NCBI GenBank assembly: GCA_963702435.1
Contig: CAVPCR010000005.1
Span: 288,001 to 352,000, forward strand
Reading direction: 5' to 3'
Origin: Candidatus Eiseniibacteriota bacterium
GTDB taxonomy: Bacteria; Eisenbacteria; RBG-16-71-46; CAVPCR01
DNA: 64,000 nt
The notes beneath the pieces were generated by a model. The model did no database searches and was not told the DNA's origin. It saw only the letters and a program-made list of their open reading frames with translations. Both the position numbers and the translations under genes were made by a program. Below, in pieces: positions 48,021 through 56,994 of the stretch. Within the stretch, counting starts at the first letter, position 1. Each line of letters starts with the position of its first letter.

Positions 48021-48242
48021 ATGAGCGCGGATCCCGCCGCGGGCCCCCGGAAGGCGTTCCCGCTCCGGCTCGATCCCCGGCTCTACGCGGAGCTCCACCG
48101 CTGGGCGGACGCGGATCTCCGCAGCGTGAACGGGCAGATCGAGTTCCTCCTGCGGCGCGCGGTCGCCGAGCGCCTGCGGAGCCGGGGCGCGGCGGGCGAA
48201 GCGGACGGCGAGCCGAAACGCCGGGACGAGCCCGGGGACTAA
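48021..48242 (+). CDS. small Arc-like ribbon-helix-helix protein
   Basis: RKAFPLRLDP...WADADLRSVNGQIEFLL. Confidence 0.85.
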   Translation: MSADPAAGPRKAFPLRLDPRLYAELHRWADADLRSVNGQIEFLLRRAVAERLRSRGAAGEADGEPKRRDEPGD

Positions 48243-48256
48243 AGGCGCCGCTCCGT

Positions 48257-51055
48257 CTACGAGCCCAGCATCCCGGCGAGCGCGGCAAGCGGCGCCTCGA
48301 GATGCTGCTGATCGGTGCGCACCGGCGCCCACAGATCCCCGACGGCCTCGAGTCGCGCGGCCATGTTCCGGATCGTGAACCGGCGCGGCGCGAGCTCCGC
48401 GTTCACCTCGTCCCAGCTGAGCGGCGCCGACACCGGGGCGCCGGGGAGGGCGCGCACGACGTAGGGCCCGGCCGCAGTCTGTCCCATCTGGTTCCGCAGG
48501 TAGTCCACGAACACCCGTCCCTTCCGCTCGTCCACCTTGAGCTCGAGCGTCGCCTCCTCCGGCCGGCGGGCGACGAGCACGTGACCGAGGAGCTCGGCGA
48601 AGCTGCGCACCTGGTCGTAGCTGTACTCGGGCGCGAGCGGGACGTAGATGTGGAGTCCGCTCGACCCCGTCGTCTTCGGATAGCCGCGGAGCCCGATCGC
48701 ATCGAGCAGCGCGGCGAGCTCCCGGGCGAGATCCACCACGGTCGCGAATGGCGCGTCCTTCGGATCGAGATCGAGGATCATGAAGTCGGGATGCTCGAGC
48801 GTGGGCAGTCGCGAGCCCCACGGATGCAGCGTGAACGCGGTCAGGTTGGCGAGCCAGAGGAGGGTCGATTCGCTGTCGGCGATGATGAAGCGCGTCGGTC
48901 GCTTGTCGTCGCTGCCGGCGATCGGGACGGTGCGCACGTAGGGCGGGAGCACATCGGGGGCGTCCTTCTGGAAGAAGGACGGCGCCGCGATGCCGTCCGG
49001 CCAGCGCTGGAGCGAGAGCGGGCGATCGGCGAGATGCGGCAGGAGCACCGGCGCGACCAGGCGGAAGTACGCGAAGATGTCGCGCTTGGTGATGCCGTCG
49101 TCCGGAAAGAGCACCTTGTCGGGATTGGCGAGCCGCACCTCGCCCGGCCGCGGCGTGAGATCGACGAGCGCGCCGCGGCGCACGGCCGGCGCCCGCTCCG
49201 CGGCGAGGTCCGCGCCGAGGTCCGCGGCGAGGTCCGCGGCGGACGCCGCCGGAGCGCGGTCCTCCTCGCGTACCGAGAGCGAGACGGGCATCTCCCGGTC
49301 CTTCTCACCCAGACGGCAGTCTCCCGGGGCCACGTCGGGCGCGAGTCCGAGGAACACGGGCGCCCGGAGTCCCCCGTCCCGCGTCCATTCCGCGTACTTG
49401 ACGCGCGCCACGAGCTCGGGCGCCGCCCAGCGCGCGTCGGCGATGGCCGGCGGGTCCACGAACGGCGGCGCCGGCCGCTCGCGCGCAACGAGCTCGCGGT
49501 GGAGCGTGGCGAGATTCGCGTCGTCGAAGCCCGAGCCCACGCGCGTGACGTAGTGCAGCTTCCCCTCATCGTCGTAGAGGCCGATGAGGAGAGCGCCGAA
49601 GTGGGGGCGCGAACCCTGCGGCGCCGTGAAGCCCCCGATCACGAACTCGCGGTCCTCGATCCGCTTCACCTTGAGCCACGATGTCGTGCGCCGGCCCGTG
49701 TACGGCGAGCCGAGCCGCTTCGACACGATCCCCTCGACCCCGGATTGGGCCGCCAGCTCGAAGAACGCCGCGCCCTGTCCGGTCACGTGATCGGAGTAGA
49801 GAAGCGCGGGCGGCGCGCCGTCGAGGAGCGCCGCCAGCACCGCCTTCCGCTCCTCGATCGGCATCCGCCTGAGGTCGTAGCCGTCGAGATAGAGGAGATC
49901 GAACAGGAAGGCGACCACCGGGACCTCGCGCCGCAGGCGCTCCACCTCGCGCGGCGCGGCCTGCATGCGCGGCTGCAGGCGCTGGAAATCCGCTCGACCG
50001 TTCGCGTCGAGCGTGACGATCTCGCCGTCGAGGATCGCGGTATCCGCGACGAGCGCGGCGAGCGCCGCCGCGATCTCCGGGTAGAGGGCCGTCTGGTCCC
50101 GCCCGCTCCGGCTCACGAGCCGTACGCGCGCGCCTGCATCGTCTGCGGATCCGCCGCCGCTCGTGGCCCCGACATGCGCGATGACCCGCACGCCGTCGTG
50201 CTTGAGCTCGTGGAGCCACTCCTCTCCCGCCGGCGGCGCCGCCGCCAGGGTGGCGAGCGATGGCGACACCGCGGCGGGCAGCGCCGTGCGCGCGGCGTGC
50301 GGCGAGGATTCGAGGAGCCGCCGCGTCGCCGGGTTCCACACCGCGGGCGCGTCGGCCGCGATCTCCGCGAGCGAGAGACCGCTCTTCACCGAGTAGTCCG
50401 CCTCGACCGTCACTTCGCTCCCGGGTCGCGCGAAGGCATCGCGCTTCTTGAGGAGGAGCCAGTCCTTCGCGGCCGCCGCTTCGTCCTCGCTGCCGCGCGG
50501 CCGGCGGCTCCCCCCCATGCGCACGAGGGCGAAGCGCCCGGCGAGCTTGTGACCGTGGAGCAGGAAGTCGAGCTTGCCGGCGGCGACATCGGCGACCGGA
50601 TCGGCGCTCGGTCCGAGATGCTCCCAGGTGCCGTGATCCCACAACAAGACTGACCCCGCGCCATAGTTGTCGGGTGGGATCACCCCTTCGAACGTCGCGT
50701 ACTCCCGCGGATGGTCCTCGGTGCGGGCGGCGAAGCGCTTCTCTTCGGGATCGAGCGAGGGTCCCTTCGGAACGGCCCAGGACTTGAGCACGCCGGCCAT
50801 CTCGAGGCGGAAGTCGTAGTGGAGCTGACGCGCATGGTGCTTCTGCACGCAGAAGATCGGGGCCGGGGCGCTTCCGGGGCCGCGCGTGGCGGGCGCGGCG
50901 AGGGAGTCGCTCTCCCCGGCGGGCGCCTCGGCGCCGGCGGCGCCCCCGGGTTCCGGCGTGCGCCCGAAGTCCCGCTTGGCCCGGTAGGCCGCCAGCGGCT
51001 CCGCGGCCTCTCCCGCTCCAGGCGCCGGGTCGCGGCGGTCCTGGTCGTCCTTCAT
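48257..51055 (-). CDS. ligD: NHEJ DNA ligase D (phosphoesterase-ligase-polymerase)
   Basis: QKHHARQLHYDFRLE; ELKHDGVR and EGIVSKR ligase motifs; DLDP and KTTGSSGLH polymerase motifs. Confidence 0.95.
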   Translation of the reverse strand: MKDDQDRRDPAPGAGEAAEPLAAYRAKRDFGRTPEPGGAAGAEAPAGESDSLAAPATRGPGSAPAPIFCVQKHHARQLHYDFRLEMAGVLKSWAVPKGPSLDPEEKRFAARTEDHPREYATFEGVIPPDNYGAGSVLLWDHGTWEHLGPSADPVADVAAGKLDFLLHGHKLAGRFALVRMGGSRRPRGSEDEAAAAKDWLLLKKRDAFARPGSEVTVEADYSVKSGLSLAEIAADAPAVWNPATRRLLESSPHAARTALPAAVSPSLATLAAAPPAGEEWLHELKHDGVRVIAHVGATSGGGSADDAGARVRLVSRSGRDQTALYPEIAAALAALVADTAILDGEIVTLDANGRADFQRLQPRMQAAPREVERLRREVPVVAFLFDLLYLDGYDLRRMPIEERKAVLAALLDGAPPALLYSDHVTGQGAAFFELAAQSGVEGIVSKRLGSPYTGRRTTSWLKVKRIEDREFVIGGFTAPQGSRPHFGALLIGLYDDEGKLHYVTRVGSGFDDANLATLHRELVARERPAPPFVDPPAIADARWAAPELVARVKYAEWTRDGGLRAPVFLGLAPDVAPGDCRLGEKDREMPVSLSVREEDRAPAASAADLAADLGADLAAERAPAVRRGALVDLTPRPGEVRLANPDKVLFPDDGITKRDIFAYFRLVAPVLLPHLADRPLSLQRWPDGIAAPSFFQKDAPDVLPPYVRTVPIAGSDDKRPTRFIIADSESTLLWLANLTAFTLHPWGSRLPTLEHPDFMILDLDPKDAPFATVVDLARELAALLDAIGLRGYPKTTGSSGLHIYVPLAPEYSYDQVRSFAELLGHVLVARRPEEATLELKVDERKGRVFVDYLRNQMGQTAAGPYVVRALPGAPVSAPLSWDEVNAELAPRRFTIRNMAARLEAVGDLWAPVRTDQQHLEAPLAALAGMLGS

Positions 51056-51192
51056 GAGTCGAGATCCTCGCTCATCACTCCTGCCGGTGGGCACTTACCG
51101 CAGGTGCCGGGCACCGGGACGACCGTTCGGGCCGCGCCCGGGCCGCGCCCGGGCCGCGGCCGCGATTCGGTCCTCTGGCCCGGCGCGCCCGC

Positions 51193-51201
51193 TGGTATAA
51201 T
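51193..51201 (+). promoter_or_regulatory. extended -10 element for the S8 peptidase gene
   Basis: TGGTATAAT in GC-rich intergenic DNA. Confidence 0.5.
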
Positions 51202-51349
51202 CGTGGTCTGACAGCAGATCCTAGCAGCGCCGCAGAGGCTCCCGGCATCAAGGATCCGCTGGACCCGTCGCCGGCCCGGCGACCTCCATCCGCCCGGAAC
51301 AACCCGGTTGCCTCACCCACGTCGCGCCTTCCTGGAGGGATTGAAGCCC

Positions 51350-53503
51350 ATGCGGAAGTTGCTCCATCGAGCCGCTCTTCTGGTCGCCCTCGGCACGGCC
51401 GGCCTTCTCGCCGCCGCATGGTCCGGGGCATCGGCCGCGGCGGCGCCCGGCGTCGAGATCGATCCCGATCTCGAGACGATGCGCCACCTGACCGCTCCCG
51501 GAGAGCTCATCCCGGTGCTCATCGTCATGGATGATCAGGCGGACGTCGACACCTTGCTGCCGATCGCGCAACGCCTCGGCCGCGCGGAGCGGCGGGCCTT
51601 CGCCATCCAGGAGCTCCGGCTCGTCGCGGCCGCGACGCAGGGCCGCCTCCGCGGGTTCCTCGCCGCCGCCGAGCAAGCAGGCCGCGCCGCCGACATCCGG
51701 CCCATCTGGCTGGCCAACGGCATCACCGCGCGCCTCACCGCGGATGCGATCGACGATCTCCTCGCCTTCGACGAGATCCGGATCGTCCAGTGGGATCAGA
51801 AGCCGCCGGCGAGCGAGATCCAGGACATCACGGAGCCGATGGAGCCGGTCGCCGCGTCGAGCGGAGACATGACGATCTGGTGGCAGCTCGACTATGTGCG
51901 GGCTCCCGAGACCTGGGCGCTGGGCTATCAGGGCGAGGGCATTGTCGTCTGCATCGTCGACTCGGGCATCGACCGCAATCACACGGATCTGAGAACGCAC
52001 ATCTGGACCAACGAGGACGAGATCGCGGCGAACGGCGTCGATGACGACCAGAACGGCTACATCGATGACACCTGGGGCTGGAACTTCGAGCTGAACAACA
52101 ACAACCCGGTGCCGGGCATCAGCCATGGGACGGGCTGCGCCGGCATCGTCGCCGGCGACGGCGCGGCCGGCACCAATACCGGCGTGGCGCCGCGCGCGCT
52201 CCTCATGTCCTGCCGCTTCGGCAGCTTCGCGCAGATGGTCCTCTCCTTCCAGTACGCGGCGGCCAACGGCGCCGACGTCATCTCGTGCAGCAACTCGGAG
52301 AAGTGGCGTTTCTCGCCGAAGCCCAACTACGACTGGTGGCGGTCCACCACCGACAACCTGCTCCTGACCGGCATCTTCCACGCGAACTCGATCGGCAACG
52401 AGGGCGACAACCTGAACACCGACCCCCTCCCGTTCAACATCGCCGCACCGGGCTGCTGCCCGTCCCCGTGGCGCCATCCGGACCAGGTGCAGGCCGGCGT
52501 GAGCGGCATCGTCGCCTGCGGCGCCGTCGATCAGCAGAACGTGATCGCCCCGTACTCCTCGGTGGGTCCGTTCGCCTGGGAGGACATCCGGGTGCACTGG
52601 ACCTCGTATCCGCACACCATGCGCCCCGAGTACCAGGACTACCCGTGGTGGGGCGGCCTGCCGGGGCTCCTCAAGCCGGACGTCATCGCCCCCGGACCCA
52701 ACACGCGCACGACCGCCCTCAGCAGCGGGTACATGACCTTCAGCGGCACCTCGGCGGCGACGCCGCACGTGGCCGGGGCCATGGCGCTCGTGGCGCAGGC
52801 GAACCCGAATCTCACGCCCGAGCAGATGTCCATGATCCTTGAGACCACGGCGGTCGATCTGGGCCCGGCCGGGAAGGACAACGTGTACGGCGCCGGTCGC
52901 CTCGACTGCTACGCGGCGGTGCAGGCGGCGCTCGCCATGAGCAACGTCGGTAGCGTCGGCGGCATCGTGATCGACTCGACGACCGAGACGGCGATCGAGG
53001 GCGTGCTCGTCGAGGTGGTCGGCGGCTCGGAGACCACGACCACCAACGCGAGCGGGCAGTACCAGATGGCCCTGCCGGCCGAAACCTACACGCTCCGCTT
53101 CACGCACCCGGACTACGTCGAGCACCAGGAGCAGGCGGTGATCGCCGCCAACAACATCACGATCCTCGATGTGGCGCTCAATCCGGCCTCGGCGGCGATC
53201 GACGATCCGGCGGCAGGCGCCCCGGCGCCGTTCGCCCTCGCCCAGAACCAGCCGAACCCGTTCAATCCGTCGACCGCGATCGGCTTCTCGCTGCCCGCGG
53301 CGGGCGACGTCTCGCTCCTCGTGTTCGACGTGAGCGGCCGCCTCCTGCGCACCCTGGCGCACGGCCGGCACGCGGCGGGCACGCATGCGGTGAGTTGGGA
53401 CGGGCGGGACGATCGGGGGCAGGCGGTGCCGTCCGGCCTCTACCTCTACCGGCTCTCGGCGAACGGAACGACCACGACGCGGCGCATGACGCTGCTCAAG
53501 TAG
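51350..53503 (+). CDS. secreted S8 subtilase with carboxypeptidase-regulatory domain and FlgD-Ig CTD
   Basis: VDSG, SHGTGCAG and SGTSAATPH catalytic triad; NQPNPFNP...WDGRD...SGLYLY CTD. Confidence 0.92.
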   Translation: MRKLLHRAALLVALGTAGLLAAAWSGASAAAAPGVEIDPDLETMRHLTAPGELIPVLIVMDDQADVDTLLPIAQRLGRAERRAFAIQELRLVAAATQGRLRGFLAAAEQAGRAADIRPIWLANGITARLTADAIDDLLAFDEIRIVQWDQKPPASEIQDITEPMEPVAASSGDMTIWWQLDYVRAPETWALGYQGEGIVVCIVDSGIDRNHTDLRTHIWTNEDEIAANGVDDDQNGYIDDTWGWNFELNNNNPVPGISHGTGCAGIVAGDGAAGTNTGVAPRALLMSCRFGSFAQMVLSFQYAAANGADVISCSNSEKWRFSPKPNYDWWRSTTDNLLLTGIFHANSIGNEGDNLNTDPLPFNIAAPGCCPSPWRHPDQVQAGVSGIVACGAVDQQNVIAPYSSVGPFAWEDIRVHWTSYPHTMRPEYQDYPWWGGLPGLLKPDVIAPGPNTRTTALSSGYMTFSGTSAATPHVAGAMALVAQANPNLTPEQMSMILETTAVDLGPAGKDNVYGAGRLDCYAAVQAALAMSNVGSVGGIVIDSTTETAIEGVLVEVVGGSETTTTNASGQYQMALPAETYTLRFTHPDYVEHQEQAVIAANNITILDVALNPASAAIDDPAAGAPAPFALAQNQPNPFNPSTAIGFSLPAAGDVSLLVFDVSGRLLRTLAHGRHAAGTHAVSWDGRDDRGQAVPSGLYLYRLSANGTTTTRRMTLLK

Positions 53504-53764
53504 CGCCGCGGACCGGTACGCAGGGCCGATCACGGGGCCCCGGCAGTCGCCTTGACCGCCGGGGCCTCGAAGCTCTTTGGGCAGCGCGGGGGGAGCGGTA
53601 GGCGCCGGCGTGCGGCGACAGATGCACGGCGCCCGGCGTGCGGCGGCGGATGCACGGCGCCGGGGGTTTGCGCCGGCACCGGGATCGGTTAACTTCGTCG
53701 CTCCGTTTGGAAATGCGGCCACCCCGGAGCGCACCTGCACGGTCTCACGCCGGAGGATGAGCAG

Positions 53765-54553
53765 CTGCTAGCGTCCGCCCTCTTCGTTCTCGTCGGCCTC
53801 TCCCTCGGCCTGCTCGGGGCCGGCGGCGGCATCCTGACCGTTCCCTTGCTCGTGCATGGCGCGGGGATCGATGCGCATGCCGCGGTGCCGCTCTCGCTCG
53901 CCATCGTCGGCGCGGCGAGCCTGTACGGAGCCGTCGTCAACGCGGGGCAGGGAAACCTCGCCGGTGCAGCCGCGCTGATGGTCGGAAGCGGCGGCATCGT
54001 CGGCTCCCGCCTCGGCGCCGCGCTCTCCCCGGCCGTTCCCGACCATCTCCTCCTCGTGATCTTCGCCCTGATCATGGCCGTGGCCGGCATCTTCATGTGG
54101 CGGCGGAGCAACGATCCCGCGAACGGCCGGCCGGAGAGGGCGGACGATCCGCCGCTCCGGCGAGCCGCCCTCCGTCTCCTGCCGATCGGACTCGCGATCG
54201 GGGTCCTGACCGGGTTGCTCGGCGTCGGCGGCGGCTTCCTGATCGTACCCGCGCTCACGCTGGCCGCCGGCCTCGACATGAAGCGAGCCACCGGGACCTC
54301 GCTGGCCGTGATCGTGGTCAACTCGGCGGCCGGCCTGTGGGGACACGCGCAGGGCGGGCGCATCCACTTCGAGGATGCGGCCGTGTTCGTGGCGATGGCG
54401 ATCCTCGGCATGGCGGTCGGCCTGCGGCTGGCCCGGCACCTGCCGGCTCGCCGCCTGCAACAGACATTCGCCGTGGGCGTGCTGGTGATGGCCGCCGTGA
54501 TCGGGCCGCTGAACCTGAGTCGACTCCTCGCCGCGGCGGGCGGGCCGCACTAG
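53765..54553 (+). CDS. TauE/SafE (TSUP) family sulfur-compound transporter
   Basis: duplicated GLLGAGGG/GLLGVGGG motifs and ATGTSL; start uncertain (no canonical start upstream of the first motif). Confidence 0.85.
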   Translation: MLASALFVLVGLSLGLLGAGGGILTVPLLVHGAGIDAHAAVPLSLAIVGAASLYGAVVNAGQGNLAGAAALMVGSGGIVGSRLGAALSPAVPDHLLLVIFALIMAVAGIFMWRRSNDPANGRPERADDPPLRRAALRLLPIGLAIGVLTGLLGVGGGFLIVPALTLAAGLDMKRATGTSLAVIVVNSAAGLWGHAQGGRIHFEDAAVFVAMAILGMAVGLRLARHLPARRLQQTFAVGVLVMAAVIGPLNLSRLLAAAGGPH

Positions 54554-54631
54554 GAGGCTGTTAGGTAGAAGGGGGCGGCATCGCCCCGGGAGCATCCCGA
54601 CCGCGTCCTGGCGGACGCCTGCGAGGTCCCG

Positions 54632-55819
54632 ATGAAGCGACATTCGCGCAGACATGAGCTCGAGACGCGGGTCATCCATGCCGGCGACGAGCTGAATCCC
54701 CTGCCGTCGGTGTCCCCGCCGATCGTGCAGAGCTCGACGTTCGAGCTGGGCACGGCGGCCCGCGGCGCCGAGCTCTCCGGCGCGATAGCGCCGGCCGAGC
54801 TCTACACGCGCTGGGGCAATCCGACCACCAAGCAGGCCGAGGCCGTCCTCGCCGACCTCGAGGGCGGCGAGGCCGCGCTGTGCATGGGTTCGGGCATGGG
54901 AGCCATCAGCTCCGCCGTCGTGAGCCTGCTCGCGTCCGGCGACCACGTCGTCGCCGGGCGCTCGCTCTACGCGGGGACTACGGAGCTCTTCGGGAAGGTC
55001 CTGTCCCGCTTCGGGGTCGAGACCACTTTCGTCGACCAGACCCATCTCGCCCAGGTCCGCGCCGCGATCCAGCCGGGCCGGACCCGTCTCCTCTACGTGG
55101 AGACGCTCACCAACCCGACGCTTCAGCTGGCCGACCTCCCCGGCCTGGCCGCGATCGCCCGCGAGACCGGCATCACCTCCATGGTCGACAACACCTTCGC
55201 CACTCCGGTCAACGTGCGCCCGCTCGAGCACGGGTTCGACCTGGTCGTGCACAGCCTCACCAAGTACCTGAACGGGCACGCGGACGTGGTCGGCGGCGCC
55301 GTGATCGGCTCGCGCGCGCTGGTCGAGCGCATCTGGTATCACATGAAGATCTTCGGCCCCTCGCTCTCGCCGTTCGAGTCGTGGCTCCTCCTCCGCGGGA
55401 TGCGCACGCTCGTGCTGCGCATGGAACGGCACAACCGCAACGGCCTGGCAATCGCCCGCTTCCTGGCCGCCCATCCGAAGGTGGAGCGCGTGCACTATCC
55501 GGGGCTCGAGGATCACCCGCAGCACGCGCTGGCCCGCAGGCTCCTCGCCGGGTTCGGGGGCATGGTGTCCTTCGAGCTCCGGGGCGGCGTCGAGGCCGGG
55601 CGCCGCCTGGTCGAAGCGGTGGAGGTGGTGAAGCTGGCGGTGAGCCTCGGCGGCGTCGAGAGCCTCATCAGCCATGCGGCCTCGACCACGCACACGATGA
55701 TCCCGCGGGAGACGCGGCTCGCAGCGGGCATCGCGGACGGGCTCATCCGCCTCTCGGTCGGTGTCGAGAGCGAGGCCGACCTGATCGCCGATCTCGAGCA
55801 GGCGCTCGAGGAGGTGTAG
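54632..55819 (+). CDS. Cys/Met metabolism PLP enzyme (methionine gamma-lyase/cystathionine gamma-synthase family)
   Basis: YTRWGNPT, SGMGAI, DNTFATP, HSLTKYLNGH, SLGGVESL and RLSVG. Confidence 0.92.
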   Translation: MKRHSRRHELETRVIHAGDELNPLPSVSPPIVQSSTFELGTAARGAELSGAIAPAELYTRWGNPTTKQAEAVLADLEGGEAALCMGSGMGAISSAVVSLLASGDHVVAGRSLYAGTTELFGKVLSRFGVETTFVDQTHLAQVRAAIQPGRTRLLYVETLTNPTLQLADLPGLAAIARETGITSMVDNTFATPVNVRPLEHGFDLVVHSLTKYLNGHADVVGGAVIGSRALVERIWYHMKIFGPSLSPFESWLLLRGMRTLVLRMERHNRNGLAIARFLAAHPKVERVHYPGLEDHPQHALARRLLAGFGGMVSFELRGGVEAGRRLVEAVEVVKLAVSLGGVESLISHAASTTHTMIPRETRLAAGIADGLIRLSVGVESEADLIADLEQALEEV

Positions 55820-55957
55820 GCCGGCCGGAGCGCGGGAGCGCCGACGGCCGCGTGCCGCGCCGGAGCCCGTGGGGGCCGCGCCGGAGCGTCGAGCCCGTGG
55901 CTCGCCGGCCGCGCCGGTCGCGCCGACGGCCCCGCCGCGCAGCTCGCGAGGGCGGGG

Positions 55958-56656
55958 CTAGCGCGTCTCGTTCCCGGGCGGGAACGGCAGGGTCAGGGCC
56001 GGCGCCGGCTCGGCCCTGAACTCCGGGGCCGGCCGCGCCTGCTCCCGATGCGGCGCCGCAGGCACCCAGTTGAGCAGGGCGAGGCGGCCCGATCCGGAGG
56101 GCGCGAGCTCGATCACGGAGGCCGACGCCGTATCCACGGCCAGCCGCCGGAGCCCGTCGAGCGCGATGCCGACGTAGGAAGCGATGATCCCGCGGATGAT
56201 GTCGCCGTGGGAGACTGCGATGATCGAGCGGTCCTCGTGGTCCCGGGTGATCCGGTGGACCGCGCGCACCGCGCGCGCGACGAGCGAGCGGAGCGTGAGC
56301 TCGCCTTCGACGAGAACGTCGGTCGGGTCCTGGACGTAGCGACGGAAGCGGGCATCCTCCCGGCGCAGGAGATCGATCGACTTGCCGACCCAGCCGTCGA
56401 AGGCGGGCTCGTTGAGAGCGGGCTCGAATGCGTACTCCAGTCCGAGCGCCGTCGCGATCGTCTCGGCGGTCTCGCGCGCCCGTTCCATCTGGCTCGTGAC
56501 GATCGCCGCGAACGGCGCCTGTGCGGCCAGCCAGCCGGCCATGGCCGCCACGTCGCGCCGGCCGGCCTCGGACAGGGGCTCGGGCTCGTGGCCCATGACA
56601 CGCCCGGCCTCGTTCGCCGCCGTCCTGCCGTGTCGCACGAGATAGAGCCTGGTCAT
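55958..56656 (-). CDS. histidine phosphatase (phosphoglycerate mutase family)
   Basis: LYLVRHG, RARETA and VSHG. Confidence 0.9.
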   Translation of the reverse strand: MTRLYLVRHGRTAANEAGRVMGHEPEPLSEAGRRDVAAMAGWLAAQAPFAAIVTSQMERARETAETIATALGLEYAFEPALNEPAFDGWVGKSIDLLRREDARFRRYVQDPTDVLVEGELTLRSLVARAVRAVHRITRDHEDRSIIAVSHGDIIRGIIASYVGIALDGLRRLAVDTASASVIELAPSGSGRLALLNWVPAAPHREQARPAPEFRAEPAPALTLPFPPGNETR

Positions 56657-56994
56657 GGCACCTTGCCTCGCCGCTCCCCTAGTCGACCATGCATCGGACC
56701 GCTCGCCGCGTTCGCAGCGGCGGCCCGGGCGCGCAGCATAACCGATCCCGATGGGCGCCCGGGAGCGAAGACCGCCGCGCCGCGGCCGCCGCCGCAGGAC
56801 GCGCCGCGGCCGCCGCGCCGCGGCCGCCGCCGCGGGACGGAGCGACACCATCTATGGCTGGCCGGGGGGACGAGAAGCGGCTAAGGTGTCGCGGGCGATC
56901 GTCCGACCCGCGCGGCGCGCCGGGCATCGGGTCGGGCAGGACGGCGAGCGCCGTCCCCGGCGCCCGGAGGAGATTCGAGATCCTGGCCCTCGTC

